Below are positions 18,922 through 28,368 of a stretch of DNA of 57,408 bases, piece after piece. Origin of the DNA: a virus (lineage: Duplodnaviria; Caudoviricetes); the IMG/VR virus record IMGVR_UViG_3300048598_000451, positions 1-57,408 of that record. The stretch is one strand, 5' to 3'. A program made the position numbers and the translations under genes. Numbering within the stretch: the stretch's first letter is position 1; every line of letters begins with the position of its first letter. The notes under the pieces are model-generated. The model saw nothing but the letters and a program-made list of their open reading frames with translations, had not been told where the DNA came from and did not search any database.

Positions 18922-19137
18922 ATGAGCGATCAAAACCTGGAAACACTACTTGACGAAAAGGAACTCTCGCGGCTGTTGCGAGTCTCGATTGGGACGCTCC
19001 GATTCTGGCGCACGATCGAACGCGGCCCACGCTATCGCAAGGTCGGACAGCTTGTGCGCTATGCGCCGTCCGACGTCCACGAGTGGCTGAACCGTCGTCC
19101 CTCCGGCGGCGAGACCGAGGCGGAGGTGGCGCGATGA
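18922..19137 (+). CDS. AlpA/excisionase-like HTH protein
   Basis: LLDEKELSRLLRVSIGTLRFWR...GPRYRKVGQLVRY...VHEWL. Confidence 0.85.
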   Translation: MSDQNLETLLDEKELSRLLRVSIGTLRFWRTIERGPRYRKVGQLVRYAPSDVHEWLNRRPSGGETEAEVAR

Positions 19138-19499
19138 ACCGCGGAAGACCCACCTCGACCAAGGACCTGCTGCCAGCAGAGCGCACGCTGCTCGACGCGA
19201 TTCGTCACATCGGCTTCGGCCAGATTGAGTTCCTGCGAATTCGCGCCGGTCAACCTGTGCTCGACCCGTGGCCGGTGGTTGTGCGCGACCTGAAGTTCGG
19301 CGTCGACCGCCAGGAGCCGCCCGCTACCCGGAGCAACAACTTCGAACTGAAGCGCGAGGCAGCCGAGTTGTTCGAGTACACCCGCGAGGTAGAGGACGGC
19401 GAAATCCGGGTTCTGGTTGTGCGGCATGGCCTGCCGTTCACCATGGAGATCGAACTCCCCGGACGAGCGGCGCGCCAGGCGGGAGGCGAGCATGCATAA
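19134..19499 (+). CDS. Hypothetical phage protein
   Basis: ATGA coupling and GGAGG SD. Internal pseudo-duplication FGQIEFLRIRAGQP / DGEIRVLVVRHGLP. Confidence 0.7.
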   Translation: MNRGRPTSTKDLLPAERTLLDAIRHIGFGQIEFLRIRAGQPVLDPWPVVVRDLKFGVDRQEPPATRSNNFELKREAAELFEYTREVEDGEIRVLVVRHGLPFTMEIELPGRAARQAGGEHA

Positions 19500-20055
19500 C
19501 CTCGCCTTCGAAGAAGCCTTCCCCGCGGTGCACGACGTCGCGCGCCAGAAGGCGTTGGGTGCCGTCGGCCGTTGCGGGCTCACTCACGATGACTGCGACG
19601 ACGTCGCCGGCCAACTGCTCGTCACCTTCTACATCCGATTCGATCGCTTCGATGGGAATCGGGCTTCCGTCCGCACTTTCGCCTCGCGGGTGATGGACAA
19701 AGAACTGACCTCGATCCTTCGCTACCGTCTCGCAGGTCGGCGGCGGCATCTTGGAGATCAGGTTCCTTCCTCTGATCTCGCCGAAGCGGATGTAGCATCG
19801 CTCAACTCCGGATCGGCTCCGCCACTGGCCGACCGCCAGCATTTCTGGTTGGACATTGACCGGGCACTTGCGCCGCTACCGGAAGTCCTGCGCGAAACCG
19901 CCCGTGCGCTGTGCTGGCACACGCCCAGCGAACTGAGCCGCGTGCCAGGCCAGACCCGGACAGTGATCTATCGCAGGATCCGACGGCTTCGAGAGGCCCT
20001 GCTTGCCGCCGGTATCGGACCAGACTACTTCGCGAGCACCGGAGGTGCGCAGTGA
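19492..20055 (+). CDS. ECF/sigma70-like factor
   Basis: Region-2-like DCDDVAGQLL...RFDGNRASVRTFASRV and region-4-like LPEVLRETA...SELSRV...VIYRRIRRLRE. Confidence 0.65.
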   Translation: MHNLAFEEAFPAVHDVARQKALGAVGRCGLTHDDCDDVAGQLLVTFYIRFDRFDGNRASVRTFASRVMDKELTSILRYRLAGRRRHLGDQVPSSDLAEADVASLNSGSAPPLADRQHFWLDIDRALAPLPEVLRETARALCWHTPSELSRVPGQTRTVIYRRIRRLREALLAAGIGPDYFASTGGAQ

Positions 20056-21071
20056 GCACTGTCCCAGTCGTCTCTACCTATTCGATGTGGAGCTTGTTCC
20101 GCAATTGCCGCAAGGCCGTGGACTGGCGATACGAGCAGCACTTGGTTCCCCTCCAGCGCGACCGGAACTTGCACTTTGGCGCCTTGATTCACCAGTGCCT
20201 GGAGGCGTGGCACATGCGCCGCAACCTGTCCGAGGTGCTGGCGCTCGTCGACCGGCTGTGCCCCAACCGCCTGCAGGATGACGATCAGCGCCGGGACTGG
20301 CACCTCGCCACCGCGATGATGACGTCCTACGCGGCGCGGTATGCCACCGACGACTTCGAGATCGTCGTACTGGAGAGGAACTTCGAGGGTCCGATCGTCA
20401 ATCCGGCAACGGGCGCAGCGTCTCGGAGCTTCGTACTCGCCGGCAAGGTGGACGGCATTGTCCGCATCGGGGACGAGCATTTCATCCTGGAGCACAAGAC
20501 GGCCTCGCAGGTCGACGGCGACTACCTGGAGAAGCTCTGGACCGACTTCCAGATCACCATCTATGCCCACTACATCGAGCAGACGATGGGCATCTCCATC
20601 ACCGGCATTCTCTACAACGTGCTGGTGAAAGCCAAGCTCCAGCAGGGCAAGGGCGAAACGGAAGAGGAATACCAGGCCCGGCGCGAGGAGCTGCTCGCCA
20701 AATCGAAGACCGGCAAGACCACAGCGAAGCGAAAACTGCCGGAGTCCAATGAGGAGTTTCAGCAGCGACTTGCTGAGAAGTACGCCGACCCCGCGATGTT
20801 CCACCGCGAGATGCTTTACCTCTCGCGGGACCGCTTCGAAATCCTGCGCAGCGAGTTGTGGGAGCTGACCCAGGCTTACCTCCGCGCACGCCGGCGAGGA
20901 GTCTTCTACCAGAACACTGCGTTCTGCTTCAACTACCAGCGGCCTTGCCCGTATTTCGCGCTCTGCCGCTCCAACGGCAATCCCAACGTGATCGAGAACT
21001 TCTACCAGCGCGTGGAGCCCAACGAGGAACTGCGCGTACTGCCCGGCGATGCGCCGGAACCGGTTTTTTGA
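20052..21071 (+). CDS. PD-(D/E)XK exonuclease (RecB/AddB/Cas4-like, probable Fe-S cysteines)
   Basis: GKVDGIV...ILEHKT, Q...Y motif, N-terminal Cys (RNCRK) and C-terminal CFNYQRPCPYFALC. Confidence 0.8.
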   Translation: MSTVPVVSTYSMWSLFRNCRKAVDWRYEQHLVPLQRDRNLHFGALIHQCLEAWHMRRNLSEVLALVDRLCPNRLQDDDQRRDWHLATAMMTSYAARYATDDFEIVVLERNFEGPIVNPATGAASRSFVLAGKVDGIVRIGDEHFILEHKTASQVDGDYLEKLWTDFQITIYAHYIEQTMGISITGILYNVLVKAKLQQGKGETEEEYQARREELLAKSKTGKTTAKRKLPESNEEFQQRLAEKYADPAMFHREMLYLSRDRFEILRSELWELTQAYLRARRRGVFYQNTAFCFNYQRPCPYFALCRSNGNPNVIENFYQRVEPNEELRVLPGDAPEPVF

Positions 21072-21082
21072 AAAGGAGACCT

Positions 21083-21826
21083 ATGCTGCCAACCGCCAAG
21101 ACGCAACCCAAGCCCGACCTGGCCGACCTCACGGTTCTGGTCTACGGGCAGACGAAGATCGGAAAGTCCACCTTCTGCTCGCAGGCAGACGGCGCGCTGT
21201 TCCTGGCCACCGAGCCGGGTCTGAACGCCCTCGACGTATTCCAGGCTCCCATTCAGTCCTGGGACGAACTGCTGGCCGCCTGCGCCGAGGTGACCGAAGG
21301 GAAGCATCCCTTCCGGACCATCATCATCGACACCATCGACAACGCGTACAAGTTCTGCACGGACTACATCGTCAAGAAGTACAAGATCGAGCACGAATCG
21401 GACCTGGGCTACGGCAAGGGCTACGCGCTCGTCAATAACGAATTCCAGCGGGTGCTGACGAAGCTGGCATTCTTGCCGTACGGCCTGTTCCTCGTATCTC
21501 ACGCCAAGGAGATCGAAGTCGAAACCCGCACGGGCAAGTACACGCGCATCGTACCCACGCTGCCCGACAAGGCCCGGAAAATCGTGCTCGGCATGGTGGA
21601 CCAGGTGCTGTTCTGCGACCTGGAAATGGCCACCGCTGAGGACGGCGCCGAGAGCGTCAAGCGCGTCATCCGCACCAAGCCGAGCCTGTACTACGAGGCG
21701 GGCGATCGCACCGGGCGGCTGCCCGAGACCCTCGACCTGGACTTTCGGAAGTTTTTCGAAGCATTCAACGCGGCGGTCGCGCCGCTGAAGCCGCAGCAGT
21801 CCGCCAAAGCGCCGGCGGCGAAGTAG
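21083..21826 (+). CDS. Sak4-like (AAA_24) ATPase, single-strand annealing
   Basis: YGQTKIGKST Walker A, IIIDTID and GYGKGY. AAGGAG SD. Confidence 0.8.
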   Translation: MLPTAKTQPKPDLADLTVLVYGQTKIGKSTFCSQADGALFLATEPGLNALDVFQAPIQSWDELLAACAEVTEGKHPFRTIIIDTIDNAYKFCTDYIVKKYKIEHESDLGYGKGYALVNNEFQRVLTKLAFLPYGLFLVSHAKEIEVETRTGKYTRIVPTLPDKARKIVLGMVDQVLFCDLEMATAEDGAESVKRVIRTKPSLYYEAGDRTGRLPETLDLDFRKFFEAFNAAVAPLKPQQSAKAPAAK

Positions 21827-21853
21827 GCGCCACCAATAGGAGAGGAAAAGCCC

Positions 21854-22312
21854 ATGAGCAAGCATGCCATTGATCTTTCGCAGTTCGACGACGACTACCA
21901 GAGCGAGCAACCTGAAGAGCGCGGCGATTTCGAGAGCGTGCCGGACGGCAAGTACCAGGTGTCCGTAGAGAAGGTCGAACTGACCGAGGCGCAGAGCACG
22001 GGTAATCCGATGCTGAAGTGGACGCTTCGTGTCATCGCCCCGAAGTTCGTCAACCGGCTGATGTGGCGCAATAGCGTCATCACCCACAACACCCTGAAGT
22101 ACGTGAAGACCGACCTCCACCTCTGCGGGCTCGACCTTGAGAAGTTGTCGGATCTGCCGAAGCAACTCAAAAAACTGCTGGACGTGAAGCTGGAGGTCAC
22201 CAAGAAGACCAAGGGCGACAACGAGAACATCTTTTTCAACCGCCGCATCGAGACCGGGCGCACGGCCGGCAACTTCCGCCAGGAGGCGGGAGACGCGCTT
22301 GTCCCGTTCTAA
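21854..22312 (+). CDS. DUF669-like phage ssDNA-binding protein
   Basis: FESVPDGKYQVSV...GNPMLKWTLRV and a C-terminal ..VPF tail. Follows Sak4. Confidence 0.75.
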   Translation: MSKHAIDLSQFDDDYQSEQPEERGDFESVPDGKYQVSVEKVELTEAQSTGNPMLKWTLRVIAPKFVNRLMWRNSVITHNTLKYVKTDLHLCGLDLEKLSDLPKQLKKLLDVKLEVTKKTKGDNENIFFNRRIETGRTAGNFRQEAGDALVPF

Positions 22313-22748
22313 CCGGGGACCAGCGACGATCGTCATCGACACGCGAGAGCAGGAGCCGTACTCGTTCGATTCCCGGCTAGTGGCTGCCGTGCGGCGGGCG
22401 CTGCCGGCCGGGGATTACTCCGTTGAGGGTCTGGAGGAACGTGTCGCCGTGGAACGGAAGTCTCTCGACGATTTCGTTTCCACCGTGATCCACGCCCGGC
22501 GACGTTTTCGGGAAGAACTCCGGAAGCTCACCGGATACCGGGCGGCCTGCGTGGTGGTCGAGGCCTCCGTCGCGGATGTGCTGCTCCAACGCTATCGCGG
22601 GGAGGCGCATCCAAACGCGGTGGTTGGGAGTGCGCTGTCGATCGTTCTCGACTTCGGCGTGCCGGTGTTCTTCTGCGGCAACCGCCAGGCGGCCTGCCAG
22701 TTCGTCCAGGCATATCTTCTCGCCGCTCATTCGAGGTGGGGTGTATGA
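22299..22748 (+). CDS. ERCC4/XPF-domain nuclease
   Basis: IDTREQ, GDYS and VERKSLDDF motifs. Confidence 0.85.
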   Translation: MSRSNRGPATIVIDTREQEPYSFDSRLVAAVRRALPAGDYSVEGLEERVAVERKSLDDFVSTVIHARRRFREELRKLTGYRAACVVVEASVADVLLQRYRGEAHPNAVVGSALSIVLDFGVPVFFCGNRQAACQFVQAYLLAAHSRWGV

Positions 22749-24922
22749 AAGCGGAACGGAGCAGCGTTCGCGGCGTCGTCGAGACGGTCTTCTATTCGGG
22801 GCCCACGTTTAGCGCGGGTCGTCTTCGGCGCGCCGAAGGCGGCATTGTGAAGTTCGCCGGTAAGGTCTTCGTCCGGGAGAATGACGCCGTTCGGCTGGAA
22901 GGCCACTGGGTGGATCATCCGAAGTACGGTCGCCAGTTCGAGGCCGAGTTCATGGGCCACGACTTGGAAATGGACCCGGACGGCCTCGCCAACTTTCTCG
23001 CCAACCATCCAGACGTCAAGGGCATCGGACCGGCGAAGGCCCGCCTGATTGCTGACGAGTTCGGCCGCAAGTTTGATGCTGCGATTCGCAGCCGACCCGA
23101 GGCAGTGGCCAGGGTCGCCAAGGTGCCCGTGGAGACCGCGCTCGAGTTACAGCGCATCTGGATCGCCAACAGCGATTTCAACGCGGCAATGGCGTATCTC
23201 TCGGCGTTCGGGTTAACCCATCACCAGGTCACCACGCTGGTCGGCAAGTTCGGCAGCCAAGTGGGGCCCATGCTGGAGGCCGACCCATACGTATTGATGC
23301 ACGAGATTGCCGGTTTTGGCTTCAAGAAGATCGACAAGATCGCGCGCAAGATGGGCACACCGAAGGATCTGCCGTCGCGCCTTCGAGCCGGGCTTCACTA
23401 CTGTGTATTGGCGGCGCTGGACGACGGTGATTGCTGGGTCGAATACGAGGATCTGCTCGACCGGGCCAACACCCTCTTAGTCCTGGATACGCTGGACAGC
23501 CGCGACGTGATCGAGGGGCACCTCGAAGCCATGATCGCCGAGGGGCGTCTCGTGTCCCACGCGTTCGAGCGTCTCGTGGTGGCTGATCCCGAGATCCACC
23601 GGATGGAGCACGAGCTCGCGATAGTCCTTAAAGGCGGCAGCGGGGCCAATCCGCATTTCGTCCGTGACACGGAAGGACTGCTCGATGCCGAGGGTCCCGA
23701 ACTGAACCAGGAACAGAGGGCGGCTGTGAAGAACGCCTTCACGTTCTCCATCTCCCTAATGACGGGCGGAGCCGGTAGCGGGAAGACGTACGCCGTCTCC
23801 ACCATCGCCAGCGCCGCAGCGCACCTCGATCTCAATGTTGTTCTCGCGGCTCCGACCGGAAAGGCCGCCAAGCGGCTCGAACAGGTGGTTGGGCACGAAG
23901 CCAGCACCATTCACCGGCTGCTCGGATTCAACGGTCACACGTATTCCCGCGGTCCGGAGAACCCTGTCGAAGCGGACATCCTGGTGGTCGACGAGGTCAG
24001 CATGGTGGACGTGCCACTGGCCTGGCGGCTGTTCCAGGCAGTGGATCTCAAGCGAACTGCCGTTGTCTTGGTCGGGGACCACAACCAGTTACCACCAGTC
24101 GGCCCTGGCAATCTCCTGCGGGATCTCGTGAAGTCACGCGCGGTTCCGACGACGGTCCTCACGCAGATCATCCGCCAGGCGGGCGTGCTGAAGGCGAACT
24201 CGACGGCGATTCTATCCGGCGAGGTTCGGCCCACGTGCGAGTCGAAGAATGGCGCACGACGGCCATGGTACGTGATAGACAAGTTCACCGACGCCGGCGA
24301 CGTGCGGCGCATGCTGATGCTTCTGTTCGAGGAGGTGCTTCAGGAGCGGCTTGGCTACGACCTGGTCAGGGACGTCCAGGTACTCACCCCGACGCACAAG
24401 GGTCCATTGGGAACCGTCGAGTTGAATATCGAACTGCAGCGGTTGCTCCAGGGGAAACTCTTCGGGTTCGAGGTGCCGGACGTGGAACGGGGACACCGGC
24501 CCCGCTTTTACCGGGGCGATAAGGTCATCCAGACGAAGAACGATTACGACCTGGCTGTGATGAACGGCGCGATGGGCGTCGTGCTCGGCGCTGAGCCGAA
24601 TGGCGCACTGACGATCGACTTTGACGGCCGCGCAGTGGAGATCGGGTCTGGCGGCGATGCGCTCGGCAATATCCAACTCGCTTATGCGACCTCGATCCAT
24701 AAGCAACAGGGATCGGAATTCCCCTGTGCAGTGGTGATCGCGCATAAATCGCATTCCTTCATGCACCATCGGAATCTGCTGTACACGGCGGTAACGCGCG
24801 CCAGGGAATCCGTGATCCTGCTGGGTGACCGTTGGGGGATTGAGAACTGCGCCTCCAAGCGGCAAGTGGATCGCCGCAACACGTTTCTCTCTTTCCTGCT
24901 TCCTTCGGAGACCTTGGGGTGA
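22745..24922 (+). CDS. recD2: RecD2-like SF1 helicase
   Basis: HPKYGRQF, KGIGPAKA HhH, GGAGSGKT, APTGKAA, VDEVSM, GDHNQLPPVGPG, HKQQGSEF and YTAVTRA. Confidence 0.9.
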   Translation: MKAERSSVRGVVETVFYSGPTFSAGRLRRAEGGIVKFAGKVFVRENDAVRLEGHWVDHPKYGRQFEAEFMGHDLEMDPDGLANFLANHPDVKGIGPAKARLIADEFGRKFDAAIRSRPEAVARVAKVPVETALELQRIWIANSDFNAAMAYLSAFGLTHHQVTTLVGKFGSQVGPMLEADPYVLMHEIAGFGFKKIDKIARKMGTPKDLPSRLRAGLHYCVLAALDDGDCWVEYEDLLDRANTLLVLDTLDSRDVIEGHLEAMIAEGRLVSHAFERLVVADPEIHRMEHELAIVLKGGSGANPHFVRDTEGLLDAEGPELNQEQRAAVKNAFTFSISLMTGGAGSGKTYAVSTIASAAAHLDLNVVLAAPTGKAAKRLEQVVGHEASTIHRLLGFNGHTYSRGPENPVEADILVVDEVSMVDVPLAWRLFQAVDLKRTAVVLVGDHNQLPPVGPGNLLRDLVKSRAVPTTVLTQIIRQAGVLKANSTAILSGEVRPTCESKNGARRPWYVIDKFTDAGDVRRMLMLLFEEVLQERLGYDLVRDVQVLTPTHKGPLGTVELNIELQRLLQGKLFGFEVPDVERGHRPRFYRGDKVIQTKNDYDLAVMNGAMGVVLGAEPNGALTIDFDGRAVEIGSGGDALGNIQLAYATSIHKQQGSEFPCAVVIAHKSHSFMHHRNLLYTAVTRARESVILLGDRWGIENCASKRQVDRRNTFLSFLLPSETLG

Positions 24923-27900
24923 CAGTTCCACCGGTGGATGTCCACGCGTATTACCGGCAGATCACCGACGTCGATATCGGGGAGATCGCGCGCGAGTTGT
25001 TGGGAGCCCGCATTACCCAGGAGTCGCGGCAGACGCTGTTCTGCGATTGCCCGAACCACCGCAGCCAATCGCACCGTTCGCTTCACGTCTGGCTCGATAA
25101 GCAGGGCTGGTACTGCCACGCATGCGGCGTTGGTGGCGACGTGCTGCAACTGGTCGAATTCGTGCGGCACGGTGCCGTCACGCGGGGGCAGTCGGGGCCC
25201 ATGCCCGAGTCCCACCGGCAGGCGCGGGACTTCCTGGCGGCACGCGTTCGGCTGCCGCCTCTGTCGAAGGCCGTCTCAGGCGGTGCAGAGGAGGCGGAGG
25301 AGGCGCATCGTCTCACGCTTCGTGTTCGGGAAGCCCTGACGGCGCTGGCGGAACTGTACCACCAGCGACTCGCCGGCAATCCGGAAGTCCTGGGTTGGTT
25401 CCGGTCGAAGTATGGGATCGGTGAAGAGACGGCCGCGCGGCTCAGGATCGGCTACGCGGTTAATGCCGGACTAAGCCCGGCGCGCGCCTTGGCGGAGGGA
25501 GCGGGCGCCTTCACGCCGCGCGAGTTGACTGCGACCTCCGCGTTTCGGCCGACGGCCCAGGACGGTGTTGTTCCCTTCTTCGACAACCGGATCGTGTTCC
25601 CGTATTGGAGCCGGGGTCACGTGGTGTTCATGATCGGGCGCCGCACACCTTGGACGCCCGATGTCGATTGGGAGAAATCGAAGTACAAGAAGTTGCCGGT
25701 CCGCAACGACCGTGATCACCGCCACGTTGCGCCGTGCATCCGGAACGACGTTCTCTACAACGAAGACGTCCTGCTGACGCGTCCGGAACGGGTGATCATC
25801 ACCGAGGGAGTCACTGACTGCATTTCGCTCATGGAGCATGGATTCCCGGTGGTGTCGCCGGTGACGGTCCAGATCCGTGAGGCGGACTGGGAACGTCTTC
25901 TGCCAAAGTTGCGCGGCGTCAAGACGGTGTTCGTCTGCCAGGACAATGAAGTCTCCGAAGCCGGGATGCAGGGTGCGCTCAAGACCGCGCGCATTCTTGG
26001 CGACCATGGGATCTCCACGCGAGTGGCGGTCCTGCCGTTGGGCGAAAAGCATCGGGCTGCGCGTGAACGACTCGCCGCCATGCCGAAAGGCGGCGCCGAA
26101 GCCGAGGCGCTCCTGGCCGAGGCCAAGATCGACGTCAACGAGTTCTTCAGTGCCGGCGGAAACGTGGCCGCGTTCGAAGCGATCCTCGCGGCGGCACAGA
26201 CGCCGCTGGAAATGGCCATCTCCAGGTTGTCATCCGAGACGCCGGAAGCAGATCTCGGGAGGTTGTTGGAGCCAATCCTGGCGCAGGTCAACCGTCTCGA
26301 TCCGATCGAGCAGCACCGGTACATTCGCCTCATTCAAAGCCGGTGCGGGAAGGCGCGGATTCCAGTAGCCACCCTACGAAAGCAGCTGAAGGTCGTGGAA
26401 TTGAGTGCGGCCACTCGCCGCAAATACAGGCCAGGGGCACCCGCATCATCGTCGCCCTCGGACAGCGGCGGCGCCGACCTGCCATCCATCCAGGTCAACA
26501 ACCGGCAATTGCGCGACGTCCTCGAAGACACCTGGCGGGCCATCGCTCGCATCAACGGTGACCTGAGCGAGTTCGACAAGTTGCCGTACTTCTTGTTTCA
26601 ACGGCAGGGTGCTCTGGTGCGCCTCGTCGCGAACGGGAACGACGGCGCGCTCGACATCGAAATGGCACAGGACTCCGCGGTGTTTGCCCTGCTGGTGCAC
26701 GCCGCGAATTGGATCAAGCTCACCGAAGAAGCCGTGCTGCATGTCCACCCTCCGCATGATCTCGCGCGGGTGATGATGTCGTTCCCTCAGTCCGATCTCC
26801 CTGCGCTCGAGGCGGTGATTCGGACTCCGGTCTTCGGTCGCACCGGGCAGTTGATCCGGGAGGCCGGGTATCACCGCGATGAACGCGTGTGGCTTCAACC
26901 TCGGGAGGAATTGGACCTGCCCCCAGTGCCCGAGATTCCTGTACCGGAGGATGTCGCGTCGGCGCGGACGCTGCTCTTCGACGAGCTGCTCGGGGACTTT
27001 CCGTTCGTGAACCGCTCCGATGCGGCGCACGCGGTGGCGGCGATGATCCTACCGTTCGTGCGCCGGTTATTCCGCGGTCCGACTCCGATTCACCTGATCG
27101 AAGCCCCCCGCCCGGGCTCGGGCAAAGGACTGCTCGCCAACGTGATCTCCGTGGTCGCACACGGCACCACGTGCGAAACCAAGACGCTGCCGGGCGATGA
27201 AGAAGAAGTCCGGAAACTGCTGACCACCGAACTCATCAAAGGGCGTCCGCTGATTCTGCTCGACAACGCCGATGAGCGGAAACCGATTCACTCCGGAGCA
27301 TTGGCGTCCGTGACCACGGCCGAAATCTGGGGCAACCGGCAACTCGGCAAGCTGGACAGCGTCTGCGTCCCGAACTTGGCGTTGTGGTTGATGACCGCGA
27401 ACAACCCGAAGCTCGCCGGCGAAATGGCGCGTCGCTGCATCCGCGTGCGTATCGACCCGAAGATCGACCGCCCATGGAAGCGCGGCGGCTTCCGGCACCA
27501 GCACCTGCTCGATTGGGCCCGCGAAAACCGCGCTCGACTGGTGCATGCGGTCATCGTCCTGGTGAAGGCTTGGCTCGCGGGGGACCGACCGGAGTACCAC
27601 ATCCGCCTCGGGTCATTCGAGCGATGGTCGAGTGTGGTTGGCGGCATCATCCAGGCGGCGGGCATCCCAGGCTTCCTCGAAAGCCTTGATGAACTCTACG
27701 ACGCGAGCGACAAGGAGGGCCAGGAATGGCGGGCGTTCGCCGATGCCTGGTGGCGCGCGTTTGGTGCAGCCCCGCAAAAGGTCGCCGACCTGAACCAGTT
27801 CTGTGAGCGCGAGGGTCTGATGCTCGACGTTCGCGGTGACCGGTCGGAGCGCTCTCAGCAGGTCCGGTTGGGCAATGCGCTTCACAGCCACCGCGACCAG

Positions 27901-28368
27901 GTGTACGAGCGGTACCGGATTGTGAAGGTCGAGCCGCCCCGTCAGCACCGCGGCACCGCGATGTACGCGCTTGAGGTGCAGGAGGCCAACTCCGCTTTGT
28001 CGGGAACGTCGGGAACTTGTCGGGATCTTGAGGGCGAAGATCCCGACACCTTAAATCCCATCGAATCAATTGGCTGGGAGGAAGTGTCGGGAACGTCGGG
28101 ATCTTTGACCGGAATCTCTATACACGGAATTCAAAATCACGCAAATTCCGGGGGAGAGAGAAATATAGAAAAGACAGAAGAGGGGGGTGCCGAAAACGGC
28201 CCAGAGATCCCGACGTTCCCGACAGCATCCGTAACTTCAACGAACGACAGGACTTCACGTGTCGGGATCTTGGGCGCGGAGATCCCGACAGAGATCCCGA
28301 CAAACTCCGAGATCCCGACAGCGCACCCCCGGCGGATTGACCTGGCCGACTTCGAGGAGGACAGATGA
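24919..28368 (+). CDS. Primase-helicase fusion (Zn finger + TOPRIM + P-loop domain)
   Basis: CPNH...CHAC zinc finger, ITEGVTD and CQDNE TOPRIM motifs, PRPGSGKG Walker A-like and ILLDNAD Walker B-like. Confidence 0.85.
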   Translation: MTVPPVDVHAYYRQITDVDIGEIARELLGARITQESRQTLFCDCPNHRSQSHRSLHVWLDKQGWYCHACGVGGDVLQLVEFVRHGAVTRGQSGPMPESHRQARDFLAARVRLPPLSKAVSGGAEEAEEAHRLTLRVREALTALAELYHQRLAGNPEVLGWFRSKYGIGEETAARLRIGYAVNAGLSPARALAEGAGAFTPRELTATSAFRPTAQDGVVPFFDNRIVFPYWSRGHVVFMIGRRTPWTPDVDWEKSKYKKLPVRNDRDHRHVAPCIRNDVLYNEDVLLTRPERVIITEGVTDCISLMEHGFPVVSPVTVQIREADWERLLPKLRGVKTVFVCQDNEVSEAGMQGALKTARILGDHGISTRVAVLPLGEKHRAARERLAAMPKGGAEAEALLAEAKIDVNEFFSAGGNVAAFEAILAAAQTPLEMAISRLSSETPEADLGRLLEPILAQVNRLDPIEQHRYIRLIQSRCGKARIPVATLRKQLKVVELSAATRRKYRPGAPASSSPSDSGGADLPSIQVNNRQLRDVLEDTWRAIARINGDLSEFDKLPYFLFQRQGALVRLVANGNDGALDIEMAQDSAVFALLVHAANWIKLTEEAVLHVHPPHDLARVMMSFPQSDLPALEAVIRTPVFGRTGQLIREAGYHRDERVWLQPREELDLPPVPEIPVPEDVASARTLLFDELLGDFPFVNRSDAAHAVAAMILPFVRRLFRGPTPIHLIEAPRPGSGKGLLANVISVVAHGTTCETKTLPGDEEEVRKLLTTELIKGRPLILLDNADERKPIHSGALASVTTAEIWGNRQLGKLDSVCVPNLALWLMTANNPKLAGEMARRCIRVRIDPKIDRPWKRGGFRHQHLLDWARENRARLVHAVIVLVKAWLAGDRPEYHIRLGSFERWSSVVGGIIQAAGIPGFLESLDELYDASDKEGQEWRAFADAWWRAFGAAPQKVADLNQFCEREGLMLDVRGDRSERSQQVRLGNALHSHRDQVYERYRIVKVEPPRQHRGTAMYALEVQEANSALSGTSGTCRDLEGEDPDTLNPIESIGWEEVSGTSGSLTGISIHGIQNHANSGGERNIEKTEEGGAENGPEIPTFPTASVTSTNDRTSRVGILGAEIPTEIPTNSEIPTAHPRRIDLADFEEDR
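27999..28319. repeat. Twelve GTCGGGAWC iterons around a purine/A-rich core; putative replication origin
   Basis: Forward copies at 27999, 28008, 28019, 28086, 28095 and 28261. Reverse copies at 28039, 28206, 28215, 28281, 28293 and 28311. Confidence 0.85.

Noticed and set aside
20052-21071. Cas4 / CRISPR adaptation gene
   Set aside because: The Cas4-like cysteines fit a phage exonuclease in an exonuclease-Sak4-SSB module; there is no cas1, cas2 or array.
27999-28319. Repeat cluster as a CRISPR array
   Set aside because: The units are only 9 bp, occur in both orientations with irregular spacing, lie inside a CDS, and have no cas operon nearby.
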